The position numbers and the translations under genes are program-made. DNA of 64,000 nucleotides, from positions 248,001 to 312,000 of the forward strand of contig JAPDFW010000114.1 of NCBI GenBank assembly GCA_028826165.1, in the 5' to 3' direction. Source of the DNA: Anaeramoeba ignava BMAN (taxonomy: Eukaryota > Protista > Anaeramoebae). Shown here piece by piece: positions 26,569 to 40,834 of this stretch. The notes under the pieces are model-generated. The model worked only from the letters and a program-made list of their open reading frames with translations. It had not been told where the DNA came from and ran no database searches. Each line of letters starts with the position of its first letter. Position 1 is the first letter of the stretch.

Positions 26569-27571
26569 TTATAAGAAATCTGCTTTTGAAAGTGCATTTA
26601 ATATTGTAAGTACTGAATTAGAAGTTCTAAGAGCATTAACAGAAGAATCAATTTCAGGATTTGAAAGTTGAGTAAGAATATTTTGAGGAATTGAATCATT
26701 TTCATTTTGATTTTCTTTATTTATTTTATTTTTATTTTTATTTTCATTTTCATTTTCAATCTCAATTTGAATTTCATTATTATTGTCATCAACAATTAAA
26801 TCATTATTTCCTTTTTTTTCTTGATTTTGATTTTGATTTTGATCTTGATCTTGATTTGGATTTTGATTTGGATCTTCTTTTCTTTTTGACTTTTTTTCAA
26901 ATTTTGGTTTTCCAACCATTAATTTCTTATCAGAAAAAAATTCTAAAACTTTCAATGGATCTGGTATTTGTTTATAAATATTTTCCTTAATTTCAGAAAC
27001 CATTTTTTTAAAACCTTCATGATAAAATCGAGAAGGAACAAATTCAATTTCAAGAAGAATTCCAACATTTTTTGAAGAAATGATGATATTTCCAAAATGA
27101 AGAATAAAATCACTGAGAGAATATTCAGATCCAACAATTTCTATTTGTTTTACTTTTATAAAATCAAGACGTTCAAGTATTGGATCTGATTTACTCATAA
27201 TTAAAACGTTTTGATCATTTGAAATGAAATAAAAATGAGATAATGAATCCGAAAAAGCAAGTCCAAAATATACTGGAAAATCCGTTTTAATTATTAATTC
27301 TGTCTCTTCTTGCTCATTTGATGATTTTGTTGGATTTGTTTTGGATTCTTTTGGAATTGATCTTGTTTGATTTTTCTTTTGAAATTTCGATATTTTTGAT
27401 TTCCATCCACTTTTCTTTTTCGCTCCTTGTGATATCAATGCATCTTGTATTAATTTTGTATCAGTATCCTTGAATAAAATAACTCTTTTTATCAAATTAT
27501 TAAAAACAAAATTTATATTTATAATTTGAATTTTAATTTAAATTTTAAATTTTAAAATTTTACAAAGTCAT
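26569..27571 (-). CDS. MED20: Mediator subunit Med20 (Srb2)-like
   Basis: Micro-exon ATG ACT TT at 27571 then GT-AG intron; IEIVGSEYSLSDFILHFGNI..VGILLEIEFVPS resembles the Med20 signature. Confidence 0.65.
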
Positions 27572-27683
27572 TTAAAATTGATTTAGTTTAAATTTTTAAT
27601 TTAATTTTTAATTTGAAAAAAAAATGAAAAAAAAAAATCAAAAAATTTTTTTTCATTTTTTTTCTTTTTGATTTAATTTAATA

Positions 27684-30600
27684 ATGCAAAATATTTTTGA
27701 AGAATCTTTTGAATCCCATTTGGATTTAAAAACTAAATTATTTAACCAAAATTTCTCTCAAATTAATGATATTTTAGATGCAAAAATTTTTTCAAATTTT
27801 CTTGCAATTCGAAAAAAAAATAAAACATTTTCAATTTATCATCTCAAACAATCTCAACAAAATGAATATGAATTAATTTTGATTAAATGATACAGAAATT
27901 GAAAATACTTTAAAATACAATTGGTTTATTTTAGGAAACTTAAATATTTTCTGTTTATTTGTTGTTAATTTGACTGAATTAACAATTTTCACTTTTCAAA
28001 AGAATTCTCAATTTAATTCAAAAAAGAATATTCAATTTAATTCCAAACAAGAAAATATTAATTTATCCAAAAAAGAATACAAAAGAACAGAAGATTTAAA
28101 ACCTATCCATTTTATTGATTTGAAATTATTGTTCCAAAACGAAATTGATAATACAAATCCTTCTCAAAATTTCCAATTCTTCATTTCAAAATCAACTTTT
28201 AGTTTTGATTATTTTTCAACTTTATTCTCACCTTTAATTCAACAAGAAAATCTTCAAATTTCAAGTCTTGATTTTGTATTTTCTTCTCAAAAAAATTGGA
28301 AACGGAAAAGAATAGCTTTTATTGTTAATAATCAATACATTTTTGTGTGTAGTTTCAATAAAAATTACATCATTCAATGTGATTCTATTCTCAAATTCCA
28401 AGAATCAATTACTCAAGATCCTCCTAAATTTTCAATCTCAAACAACTTTCTCTACTGTTTATTCAATAATCACATTTCAATTTGGAAACTTAAAAACGGC
28501 AAAATTTTTGGAATTGTTGAAAATCCTCTAAATTTGAAAAATGAAAAAATTAAAAAGGATTTCATTATCACTCCAGATGAACGAAAAATAATCATCACTT
28601 ATTCAAAAGCATTAATTCAAATTATTCAACTGGATGAATATTTTTTTTATAACAAACTCCTGAAACCCAAGCACAAAAATACAGAAATTATATTGATACC
28701 TGAAGAAAAAAAAGAAAAGAAGAAAGAAAAAACAAATTCAAAAACAAGAAGAAGAGAACATCACAAAAAACATGAACCAAAAAGAGAGTTTATGAACAGA
28801 AAATGGAATATGTCCTATTTGATTTATTCAAACAGATTTATTGATTTGCCACATCAAGTTCAGAAAATTAATTCGGAATTCTACGTTCATTGGTATCAAG
28901 CAAACCAAAAAAGGAGAAGAGCTCCAAATATTCATCCATCTTCGCATGGATGGTTTCCACATTCATCTCATTATACAGGATCTAGAATGACCGGATTTGT
29001 TCTTCCTAAAATACAGAAGAAAAATCATCTCCAGAAATACATGTCTCAATCTGATCCATCTATTTTAATATCCCAAAATCAAAACAAATCCTTTCGCTCT
29101 CAATATATATTTTACTATCATTTGGATCAAGAACAAAACAAATGGAAAAAATACAATCAAAACCAAATCACAATGGAAAATATCCAAAAAATCAAGGATA
29201 TCCAAATTTATTCCTTACTTGCCACAAACGATAATATTTGCTTTTCTTATGAAGACCAAGATTCTCAAAACCAAAATTCATTGCAAAAAAATATTCTTTT
29301 TTTGGAAATTTTTGATGATCGTCGAATCAAATATCAAGAACATCATAAAGAAATGGAACCTTTGTTGCTTCAATTCAACGAAAATAATCAAGTTGTACTT
29401 ACAATATCATATAAATCAATATTTGTTTTGACTTCCAATTCAATATCTTCTAAAATTATCCATTTCTCAAAAGCTGAACTCTTTCAAAAACTTGCCTTTT
29501 TCCACAATATTGCTCTTGCAGAAAATCTTGTTGAATTAAACGATCATAATGTTCTTCATTTCAGAGAAAATATTATCGAGCATTCTCTTAATTATCAACA
29601 AATAGAGGTTGTAAATGATATTTTGAACAAAATTACTTCATTAAATTCAATCTCAAATCTGGAAAAAATCATAAGCATTCTCAAAATTAAATTGACCAAA
29701 TATCGACCAAATTTTTCAAAACCATTGATTTTAATTTGTTTAAATTTAACACTTGATTTAATTTCTCAAATCTCAACCAAATTATTAAATTCAGCAACAA
29801 ATTCACAACAAGATTCTCACGAAATACAGCTATATTCTTCAATTCAAAACCAACTATCATTCAAATTTTGCACACAACAACCCCAACAACATCTTTTAAA
29901 AGATATCAAATTGATGAATTCTATTCTTGGTTTCTTGATTCAAATACGAATATTAACAGAAAAACTCTACTCAACACTTGCCCAATCATCTTCTCGTTAT
30001 TTTGGTTCGAAAAAATATTCATCCCAAATTTTGAATCTAGAAAAGGAATTACCAAATTATTCACATAGTGTTGTGCAAGATCCTTCTTTGCAATTATTGC
30101 ATCTTTCTCAATTAGTTTACAAATCATTAATTTCAGGAAAAATATCTTTAGCACTTTCTCAAATTAAAGATCCCATTTTTATTAACAAACAAGAAAACTC
30201 TTTAACAATGAATCAACAGATTAATCTTGATTTGAATTTGTTTTGGAATAATTTCTATATGAAAACAGTTTATTTACTTATTGAGAATTCTCAATTTGAT
30301 CAAGCTTCGTTGATAATTGAAAATATGGGAGGAAATCCTTTCAAAATTATGAAAAATTTAAGTTTTTTAACTTTGAAAAAAGAAATTAGAGAAAAATTAT
30401 ATCAATTTTTAAAACAAAACAATCAAATTAATCAAAGTGAAAAACGCAGATATTTAGTTTTATTGATTCTTCATAAACTTTATCCTTCAAGTAGTTATAA
30501 TCAAACCCACAAAATTTTAGAAGATAATTTCATTTCCAAAAATCAATCAAGAAAAGAAATGATTAAAGTAATTGAACAAAGACAATTTCTTTGGTTAGAA

Positions 30601-33600
30601 GCACAAGATTTCCAAGAAGAATGGAAATTTAATCAAGAAAACAAAGATCAATTTAATATTATAAGCAAAGAAGTTGAAGAAATTGTAACTTTCCAAGGAA
30701 TTGAATTGATACAATCCTATTTCAAAGATGTATCAGAAAAGAAATCTGATCCAAAAACTTCCGATAATAATCCTTCTTTAAATCGTTATTTACTCACTAA
30801 ATTTAAATGGTTTCTTTCATGGGATAAATTTACAAAACAAAGAATTATGTTTGAATTTCTTCAAAAAGATGATCCTTTGCTCAATAAATATTTCAATTTT
30901 ATTGGAAGTTTAAACAAACCTCCAGCATTAAAGTATCTTTTCACAGAATTTATCCATCTTATATCTTCATTCAATTACAATAGAATTCAATATTGGATTA
31001 GTAATTTAGCATTAGAAAATATAAATACAGAATCACTTAAAAATATATTTGAATCAATGATTATTTATGTTTTAAGAGGATCAACTTTGAAACTCAAAAA
31101 TTTAGTTTTGAATTTATTTTCTTTGAAAAGAGGAATATATTTTTCATTTGATAATTCGAATGAAACAAATCTATTTCGTAAAATTTGTTTCAATTTCCAT
31201 TTATTATTTAATGATGAAATTAGAGGATATTCTCTTGACAAATTATTACCTAAACAACAAACCAATAATTTCCACCAAAATATGATTAATTTATTCATTC
31301 AAAATGAATTGTTTAATATATTTGAATTTTATTTGGTTCATTTCCAACTTACTCTTCAAGATAAAATGGAAATATCAAATCCTTTGTTTTCAATTATTGA
31401 GTTTTGTGTCAATACAAATCCCACACAAAAAATGGAAAAATACATCAAACATTTACTATTATTAAACACATCAATCTTATTAAATACCCAAATATCAAAT
31501 ATCACAAATCAATTATTAATTAATCAAAACAAGTTTTTGATTGTTTTGGGAATGTTTATGTTTAACCAAAAAGGATTTCTTTCTAACTTTATTTTGCAAG
31601 AAAATGAACAAGAATATGTTCCTCTTGAAACAATTTCGAAATGTATTTTAGATCAATTTCCAAAATTATATTCTTTTATCAATTCAGTTAAATTTTTATC
31701 AAATTTAGTAACAGAAGAATATAAAATTAATGATAATAAACCAAAAGAAATGGATCTTGTTTCATTAAGAAAAGATACATCTTTATTGAATTTAATCAAC
31801 AAAACAACATCAATTCATTTATCAAAATCAATTCAAGATTACTTCTTTTCAAAATTTTTGGATCATAATTCAAATTTCCAAAACAATTTCAAAGAAATTC
31901 TTGATATTTTATTTTATCTATCATATGGACAATCAGTTTCATATTTCTTTCAATTAATTAAACAACAAGCAAACGATTCCTTTTATAATTCCCAAAATAT
32001 CGAGCAAATATGTTTTTTGATTACTAGTTGGAGTATTCAGAATTTTATGAATAATTTATTTGTTACTTCTTGTCAAAATTTATTGAATATTCTTTCCTAT
32101 TCTTGCAAACAATCTAAAACCTATATTCGAAGCTGAAAAGATTATTTATAATTATTATACTCAAAAAGTGCGAAATGATAAATTGGATGGAAAAATTAAC
32201 AATCTTAAAAATATTTTCAAAACATCTATTTATTCTAAAAAATATGAAACAATTTTTTATAAGGAATTCATATTACTAAACAATATTAACGAATCGCAAA
32301 TATCTCGTTTCAAATATCTTTTAATAATGGTATTTCAATCAATTTTGTTCTATAAAGATATTTCTATGATTGAATTTGTTTGCAATGAACTTTCTATAAT
32401 TTGCCAATCTCAACAAAAAAATCAAAAACAAAATTACATTCATTTATCAAAACAAGAAAAAGCAATAAAAACATTGAGGGAATTTATCCAAATTCACTCT
32501 TCAGATATTAATTTTGTTATTCGGGATTGTTTGACTTGGAATAATAATAATTGGATAAGTTATTTAATATTATCAAAATTCACTTGTGATTCTTTAGATG
32601 AATTTGAAAAACATACAAACGAAAATGTTACAAATGAATATTTAAAACAACATTTATTAAGAACTTCTCAATTCATAAAGAAAGAAAAATCCAAAACAGA
32701 AAATATTCATATTATTTCTGATTCTAATGAAATTGAACAAAATTTAAACAATGATAATTCACTTACCAAAGGCAATTTATTTGATATAATTTTGAATATT
32801 CAGAAAAACAATGTAAATCCAAGTGAACATCTTTTATCAGAAGCAATATCCCGAAAAGAACCTATTTTTGCTTTAATTTCATTGAGTTTTGGAAAAAAGG
32901 AAGATTTACTGGATTGTTTAATTTCATTTTTAATTTCTTCAAATCAGAAAAATATTAATTTTCAAGAAAAACTCAAAAAAACAAAACATTGGGAAATTGA
33001 AAATCTAAATGAAATTATAATATGGATTACTGTTGAAATTAAGCAAATTCTAATTTTAATCCAAGCATTTGAATTATTTGATTCTCAAAATCTTATTATT
33101 CATTTCTTTCGATTTCTTAGAGCATTGAATATGAAACAAGTTCGTAAATCAAAAGATCATTTGTTAATGTTTATGAATAGCAAAAAACAAAAATATCTTG
33201 GTAAAATTGAAGATATTAAATGGGTTGAAGATATTACAAAAACAATTATCAAGAATTATTTGGAAAAAGTTGATCAATACACACTTAAATGTTTAGTAAA
33301 TATATTAAATGATGTTGAATTTTCACAAGAATATCATATTTATTGGCAAGTTATGAAAGTTTTTGAAAATATTGATATAACGGAATTATCTATTATAAAA
33401 GAACCAATTGAAAATATCGATATCTTAACAAATCATAAAAAATTTAAAGAATCAGTAAAATATTCTGAAATTGTTGGTGTTTCCTTATTTTATACAATAA
33501 TTCCAAATTCAATTTCGTTAATTCATGAATATCAAAAAAGTGGAATATGGAAAATTGAATCAAAAAGAGAAATTTTATGGAATCAACTTGCGAAAATTGT

Positions 33601-35626
33601 TTACAAAAACACAAAAACACAAAAATCAGAATTGAATGTGGATTTTTTCCTTTCATTAATAAAAATGGTTTTTGTAGAATTGACATATAATGATTTTGTG
33701 GTATTATTCACCTTTGCAAAGGAATGGATCTCAAAATATAAATTCAATGATGAAACAATCTATACTCAAATTGAAAATCAAATTTGGTTATTTTCACTAT
33801 TAAAAGAAATTGAATACAAAGAATTTCCATCATTTTTGCTCAAAATGAATCCAGAACCAAGTAAAGAATTCCAGGAAATTTTTGACAATGTTTTATCAAA
33901 AAATAATTGGAAAGAAAAAATCAAATTACAAACATTAAACTTTGGAAAGTAAAGAAAATGAAGAAAAAAGTATTGAAAAAATCATTTCCATTTTATTGAG
34001 AAATCAAAAAATTCAAGAAGCAGGAAAATTATGTGAAATGACACAGTTTAAATCAAAAGAATTGGCAATTATTCATGCATGTGAAATTATCCAAAAACGA
34101 AATGAGGAAAAAACAAATTTCTTAGAAATGATTTATTCACAAGAATTTAACAAGGATTTCAATATTGCAAAAATCATTCAAACAAGATATCCTCGAATCA
34201 ATTTCAATCTAATATCCAAAGAAAGACTACTCAATAAATTGGTTAATTTGTTGGTATTTGGAAGGAAATATTGTCAAAGATTAATTACAAATTATCAAAT
34301 ATCCCAAATTTTAAAACAAAGTTATGAACAATTAGAAAAGGAACCTTATCAAGTTATTGTACTTCTTCTTTCACAAATAGAAAATAATTATCATTTCATT
34401 GAAAATTTTATCCAATTTAATAATTTAGGAAGTTAATACTTTAGTTAAAACTCTTAATTGAGAAGTATTTTCAATCAATTTTATGGAAATTTGAAAACGA
34501 AGAAAATTTGTTATTTTCAAGTATAATTTCATTTACACAAAAATCGGATAATTTCCAAAAATTTGTTTCTTTATCTCAAGATTCTGTTATGTTTGGAAAT
34601 GAGTTATTAGAAAAAATTAAAGAAATACCTGAAGAAAACCCACATAAAGAGGATATTGAAGTTGATATTATTATTAGATCAAGACAAGCATTTGATATCA
34701 AACAGGATAGTTTGGGTTCACGAAAAATATTGGAAATTATCAAAGAAAAATCATTAATTTATACAGAAAAAACAAGGTTTGATTTGTTAGCACAACTTCT
34801 AACAGGAATGACTGAATATCAAGAGATTCAACTTTTGCTTTCCATTTTAGTGGAACATAACCAATTCAAGTTGATTTCAAATCAAATCCAAGAAAAACTC
34901 ACAATTTCCATTTTGAAAATATCGTTGATTGAATTTATGAAAACTTACACTGATGATGATGAAAAATTGCTTCTTTTTTATTGTACTTTCCGACTTTGGA
35001 CTGAATTGGGAAATCATTTTTTCTCAAAAGCATTTCGAATGATTTCAAAATTTGATCCAAATGGTTCATTTGAAGAAACCGAAATGAGAAAACTGATTGA
35101 AATTGGGGATTTATTTTTCAATGCAGCCGACTCTTTTGCAAAAAGCGATTGTCCACAAAAAATATTGGATTGCATTTCTTATGCTTCTTTAATAGGTGCT
35201 CAAATAAGGAATCCAGATCTATTTTTATTAAATCAAGAAAAATCAAGGATCAAAATAAGAAAATTAATTGGGAATGAAACAATAAATTTCTTTGATGCAT
35301 TGATTATATCAGAAGTTTATCATTTTTCATTAATTGAAGATTGGTGTGAAATTGTTTTTAAGCAATTTATTGAGCAAAAGAATATTAATTTTTTGGATAT
35401 GTTTTTTTTCTATTTTGATCCTCAACCTAAATTTTTCTCTAATTTTATGAATATTTATATTGGAAGTCAAAAAAATAATTCTATTGAAAATCAAATGAAA
35501 AGTTTTATTTTAATGATTCCTGATAAGATTTTACAATTTGAAATTGGATCACAATTAAAATTTGACAAAGTAGTTTATCAATTAAAATTAATTATTCCTG
35601 ATATTTTTAACATTAAGAAATTTTAA
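27684..35626 (+). CDS. SPG11: Spatacsin (SPG11)-like protein, ~2,645 aa, split by five +1 frameshifts
   Basis: N-terminal beta-rich region, long helical solenoid, C-terminal VDIIIRSRQAF...RFDLLAQLLTGMTEYQEIQLLLSILVEHNQFKLI...FFDALIISEVY..DW resembling the spatacsin C-terminal domain; shifts near 27886, 32131, 33942, 34429, 34457. Confidence 0.75.
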
Positions 35627-35747
35627 AAAACAAAACAAGAAAAAAAAAAGGGAAAAAAATTTTTTTTAGTTCTTTTTCTCTTTAAAAAAATTTTTTTCAT
35701 TTTTTTTTCATTTTTTTCATTTTTACTTTTTCTTTTAAAAAAATAAA

Positions 35748-38689
35748 ATGAAAAAGTTAATTTTTGCATTTTTTTGTTTAATTCTAATTTTTCAATGTTT
35801 ATCTCAATTAGAAACAAATAAAAATAATAAAAATAAAGAAAATAAAAATGAAAATGAAATGAAAATTAATCCATTAAAAAAAAGTTATAAATGGGAAGAA
35901 ATTGCAGAATTAATAGCAAATGATGGGAAATCAAACGATTATTTTGGATATTGTCCTAAAATTTTACAAAACATAATTGTTGTTGGTTCAGCATATTCAA
36001 CAATTGGGGAAAATGAGTATCAAGGAAAGGCATATATTTTCCGAAACAACGGAACAAATTGGAATCAAGAGGCAGAATTAATAGCGAGTGATGGGAAATC
36101 AAACGATTATTTTGGATATAGTGTTTCAATAGCTTCAAGTGATATAATTGTTATTGGTGCTTATAAATCAAAAATAGGAAATAATATATCGCAAGGAAAG
36201 GTTTATATTTTTCGAAACGACGGAGAAAATTGGAATGAGGATCAAATATTAATAGCGAGTGATGGGAAATCAAACGATTATTTTGGATATAGTGTTTCAA
36301 TAGCTTCAACCAATACAATTGCGATTGGCGCTCCTTATGCTGAAATTGGTAATCATATGAATCAGGGGAAGGTTTATGTGTTCCAGAATAACGGAACAAA
36401 TTGGAATGAGTATGGAATATTGATATCAAGTGATGGAGCTAAATCTGACAATTTTGGATATAGTGTTTCAGTTTCTTCGATTGATGTAATTGTTATTGGT
36501 GCTCCTAATGCGATGGTTGGGAGTAATTCCTATCAGGGGAAGGTTTATATGTTCCAGAATAACGGAACAACTTGGGATGAGGAGGAAATAATAATAGCAA
36601 GCGATGGAGCTTCTTATGATAATTTTGGATATAGTGTTGCAACTTCACAGACAGAATATTTTGCAGTTGGAGCGCCTTATGCAGAAGTTGGAGCGAATTT
36701 TGAGCAAGGAAAAGCGTATGTTTTCCAGAATAACGGGACAACTTGGAATGAAGATACGATATTAGTGGGAAATGAAGGAGCAAGTGGTGATCTTTTTGGA
36801 TACAATCTTGGTTTTTCAGGAAATTAATAATTTCAAGTGCATGGGGAGCCAATTCAAAGCAAGGGAAAGCATATGTTTTCCGAAGAACTCAAGATATTTG
36901 GAATCAAGACTCAATATTGTTTGCTAGCGATGGAGAAGCTTATGATAGATTTGGATATTGTGTGAGTATTTCGGGAGAATACTCAGTTTCAGGTGCTCCT
37001 TATGCCGAAGTTGGGAATAACACTCAACAAGGCAAGGCATATGTTTTTGAAGCCTTTGAGGTTCCAGATCCAGTTCAACTTATAAATTGCACTTCTTTGT
37101 TTTCCAAGTTTGGGTGTTTTTGGTATGAAGTGGAAAGTTTAGTTGATCTTCAATATCAAATCATTTATAATTTTACTTGGAATTTAGTTCAATATCCGAT
37201 TTTGAATGGAGATGTTTACTACCAAGAGTTTAACTCCTCGTTTTATCCCGATATCACTGGAAACCAAGACTACCAAATCCAAATCAAGGCATGCAATATT
37301 AGTTCTTCTTTATGCGGACAAGCATCAAACCAATGGAATTTAACAACAAGAATTGATTCAGTGAAAAATTTTAGTTTGTCTTCTTCCTCAGGCGAAAGCA
37401 TCCAAATTTCGTGGATGTTTCCTGATGTTCCAGTTATTGATTCCGTTCCCAAACTTTCCAATTACATAATTTCCTATAAACAAAAGTCAGAAATTGAGCC
37501 AATAAACATCACAGTCTCAAAGTTATCAACTTCATATATTCTGCATAATTTGCAGTCTCTCACCAATTATTTTGTTGCCATTTGGCCTTGCCGCACAGGT
37601 GATTGTCAAGGAGAAGATCAGGGAGAAATTGTGTCATCATCAATTTCCACTCCTTTTGGACCTGTTCTTTATGCATCGTGTTCTGTTTCGAATATTTACA
37701 ATGTTTTTTGTTCTTGGACTCGGCCAAATGCATCAATTTCTCCAATTTATTACAATTTCACTTACAAATCATCAATAGTAAATGATTCGGGAAGTTTCAA
37801 GCCTCAATCCGCTTCACAATCATTTGAAGTCAAGTTCTCAAATATCGATTATTTCATCAACATTTCTGCATGTGATATCAACGACAAATGCGGAACAGTG
37901 ACAACGATACCTATTACTTCTGGCCAGTTATCAGCACCAACAATTGATGAATCGATTGGAAAAATTGAATCAATTGAATTGAGTTTCACAAAAGTGGAAT
38001 ATTCTCAAGGATATATTGTTTCAAGTGATAATGGAGAAAGCTGGAATAATTTCAGTTCCCTTGATCTGAATGGAACCAATGCTATTGGGATTGAATCAAA
38101 TTTGGCAGGAAATGTCGAATATCAAGTTTGCGTCAAAGCTTGTTCAGAACCTACTTGCAATCCTCTTTTTGCGGGAGCGACTAGCTCAACAATATCAATT
38201 ATTCCCAAGTTAGGAAACATCACTTCTTTGAGGTGTTTTGCTAAAGTTTGTGGGTTTGAATGCAGTTGGGATCCACTTATTTTATCCGAAGGTTTAAAGG
38301 GTTATTCATTCAATTACAATTCAACTTTGATTTGTTTATCGAACATAAACACAAGTCAATCAATCACCAATTTAAGTTGTGGATCCATGTATGAAATTTC
38401 AGTTTTTTCTTCTGCAGGTGAAAATTGCAGTTTCAGTAATTATTCTGGGGTATCTTCAACAGCAATAATCACAACTCTTACCAATCACAAATCGAGTTCA
38501 TCTTCTCATAAAAAAACTATTGTCATTGCTATTGTTGTTCCAGTTGCTGTTATTGTGATTTCTATTATTATTATTGCTGTTGTTTTAATTAAAAGAAGAA
38601 TATCCATTAAAAAGAAAATTAGTTCAGTGATTAATAGTTCTGATGAGAACGAGAAACAAAATTTATTAAATGATTCAAAAATCAATTAA
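35748..38689 (+). CDS. Cell-surface receptor: signal peptide, seven FG-GAP repeats, FN3-like domains, TM helix, short tail
   Basis: Seven LIASDG..DxFGYSV..IGAP..QGKVYVF repeats across the two ORFs (one -1 frameshift near 36824); FN3 motifs (ISWMFP..YIISY..LQSLTNYFVAI); TM IVIAIVVPVAVIVISIIIIAVVLI; tail EKQNLL. Confidence 0.85.
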
Positions 38690-40240
38690 AAATTTAAACA
38701 AAATTTATGAAACAATTTAACAAAATTTATAAAACAATTTATAAAACAAATTTATCAACAAATTTATAAAATAATTTATGAAATAATTTAACAAAACTTA
38801 TGAAACAATTTAACAAAACTTATGAAACAATTTATAAAACAATTATAAAACAATTTCTAAAACAATTTATAAAACAATTCATAAAACAATTTATAAAACA
38901 ATTTATAAAACAATTTATAAAACAATTTATAAAACAATTTAACAAAATAATTTATAAACAAAATTTATAAAACAATTTATAAACAAAATAATTTATAAAA
39001 CAATTTATGAAAACAATTTATAAAACAATTTATGAAAACAATTTATAAAACAATTTATAAAATAATTTATAAAATAATTTATAAAACAATTTATCAACAA
39101 TTTATCAAAACAATTTATGAAACTATTTATAAAAACAATTTATAAAACAATTTATAAAACAATTTATGAAACAATTTAACAAAACTTATGAAACAATTTA
39201 TGAAACAATTTATAAAAACAATTTATAAAAATAATTTATAAAACAATTTATAAAACAATTTATAAAATAATTTATAAAATAATTTATAAAATAATTTATA
39301 AAACAATTTATAAAACAATTTATAAAACAATTTATAAAACAATTTATAAAACAATTAACAAAATTTATAAAACAATTTATAAAATAATTTATAAAATAAT
39401 TTAAACAATTTATAAAACAATTTATAAAACAATTTATAAAACAATTTATAAAACAATTTATAAAACAATTTATAAAACAATTTATAAAACAATTTATCAA
39501 CAATTTATAAAATAATTTATAAAACAATTTAACAAAACTTATAAAACAATTTATAAAACAATTTATCAACAAATTTATAAAATAATTTATCAAAACAATT
39601 TAACAAAAATTATGAAACAATTTATAAAACAATTTATAAAACAATTTATGAAACAATTTATAAAACAATTTATAAAACAATTTATAAAACAATTTATAAA
39701 ACAATTTATCAACAATTTATCAAAACAATTTATAAAACAATTTATAAAATAATTTAAACAAATTTATAAAATAATTTATAAAACAATTTATAAAACAATT
39801 TATAAAACAATTTATAAAATAATTTATAAAACAATTTATAAAACAATTTAAACAAAATTTATAAAACAATTTATAAAATAATTTATAAAATAATTTATAA
39901 AATAATTTATAAAATAATTTATAAAATAATTTATAAAATAATTTATAAAATAATTTATAAAATAATTTATAAAATAATTTATAAAATAATTTATAAAATA
40001 ATTTATAAAATAATTTATAAAACAATTTATGAAACAATTTAACAAAACTTATGAAACAATTTATAAAACAATTTAACAAAATAATTTATAAAATAATTTA
40101 TAAAAACAATTTATAAAACAATTTATAAAACAATTTATAAAACAATTTATGAAATAATTTATAAAACAATTTATAAAATAATTTATAAAACAATTTAAAA
40201 CAAAATTTAAACAAAATTTATAAAACAATTTAAACAAAAA
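38690..40240. repeat. 12-bp satellite (AAAACAATTTAT)n
   Basis: Direct repetition over ~1.5 kb. Confidence 0.95.
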
Positions 40241-40263
40241 GATTATTAAAAAATGAATTTTTT

Positions 40264-40335
40264 TGAAGATGATTGGATTCGAACCAATGACTTTTAGATT
40301 CAGAGTCTAACGCTCTACCTCTGAGCTACATCCTC
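40264..40335 (-). tRNA. tRNA-like gene, anticodon CTG (Gln)
   Basis: GAGGATG-TA-GCTC-AGAGGTA-GAGC-G-TTAGA-CTCTGAA-TCTAA-AAGTC-ATTGG-TTCGAAT-CCAAT-CATCTTC-A; full cloverleaf. Confidence 0.85.
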
Positions 40336-40516
40336 TTTTTTTTTTTGAAAAAAATTCTTTTAATTCTTTTAATTCATTTTTTCATTTTTTTCATTTTCAT
40401 TTTTTTCCTTTTTCTTTCCTTAACAATATAACGATAATAAATTTTCAATCTCATTTCAAAAATTAAAATCTATTTTTTAAAAAAAAATTTGAATTTAATT
40501 TAAATATATTTTGTTT

Positions 40517-40588
40517 TGAAGATGATTGGATTCGAACCAACGACCCTTAACTCGACAGGCTAATACTCTACCTTTGAGCTACATCTTC
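40517..40588 (-). tRNA. tRNA-like gene, anticodon GTC (Asp)
   Basis: Same scaffold; arm TTAGC-CTGTCGA-GTTAA. Confidence 0.8.
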
Positions 40589-40762
40589 TTTTTATATTAA
40601 TTAATTAATTTATTTATTTAAAAAAAATTTTGAATTAACGATATTATTTATAACTTCAAATTCAAATTCAAAATTGGATTAAAAATTGGATTAAAAATAA
40701 TTTGAATGATTCTAATATTATTTTATCAATTTATCAAATTTATCAAAAAAAATATTTTCTTT

Positions 40763-40834
40763 TGAAGATGGTTGGATTCGAACCAACGACCTCTGGATTA
40801 TGAGTCCAGCACTCTACCTTTGAGCTACATCCTC
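40763..40834 (-). tRNA. tRNA-like gene, anticodon CAT (Met)
   Basis: Same scaffold; arm CTGGA-CTCATAA-TCCAG-AGGTC, T stem GTTGG/CCAAC. Confidence 0.85.

Noticed and set aside
38690-40240. Telomeric or centromeric identity of the 12-bp satellite
   Set aside because: Internal position, no G-rich strand, and no evidence obtainable from sequence alone.
40290-40310. TTCA on the plus strand suggesting an opal-suppressor or Sec tRNA
   Set aside because: The cloverleaf is on the minus strand with anticodon CTG; no Sec-type long arm.
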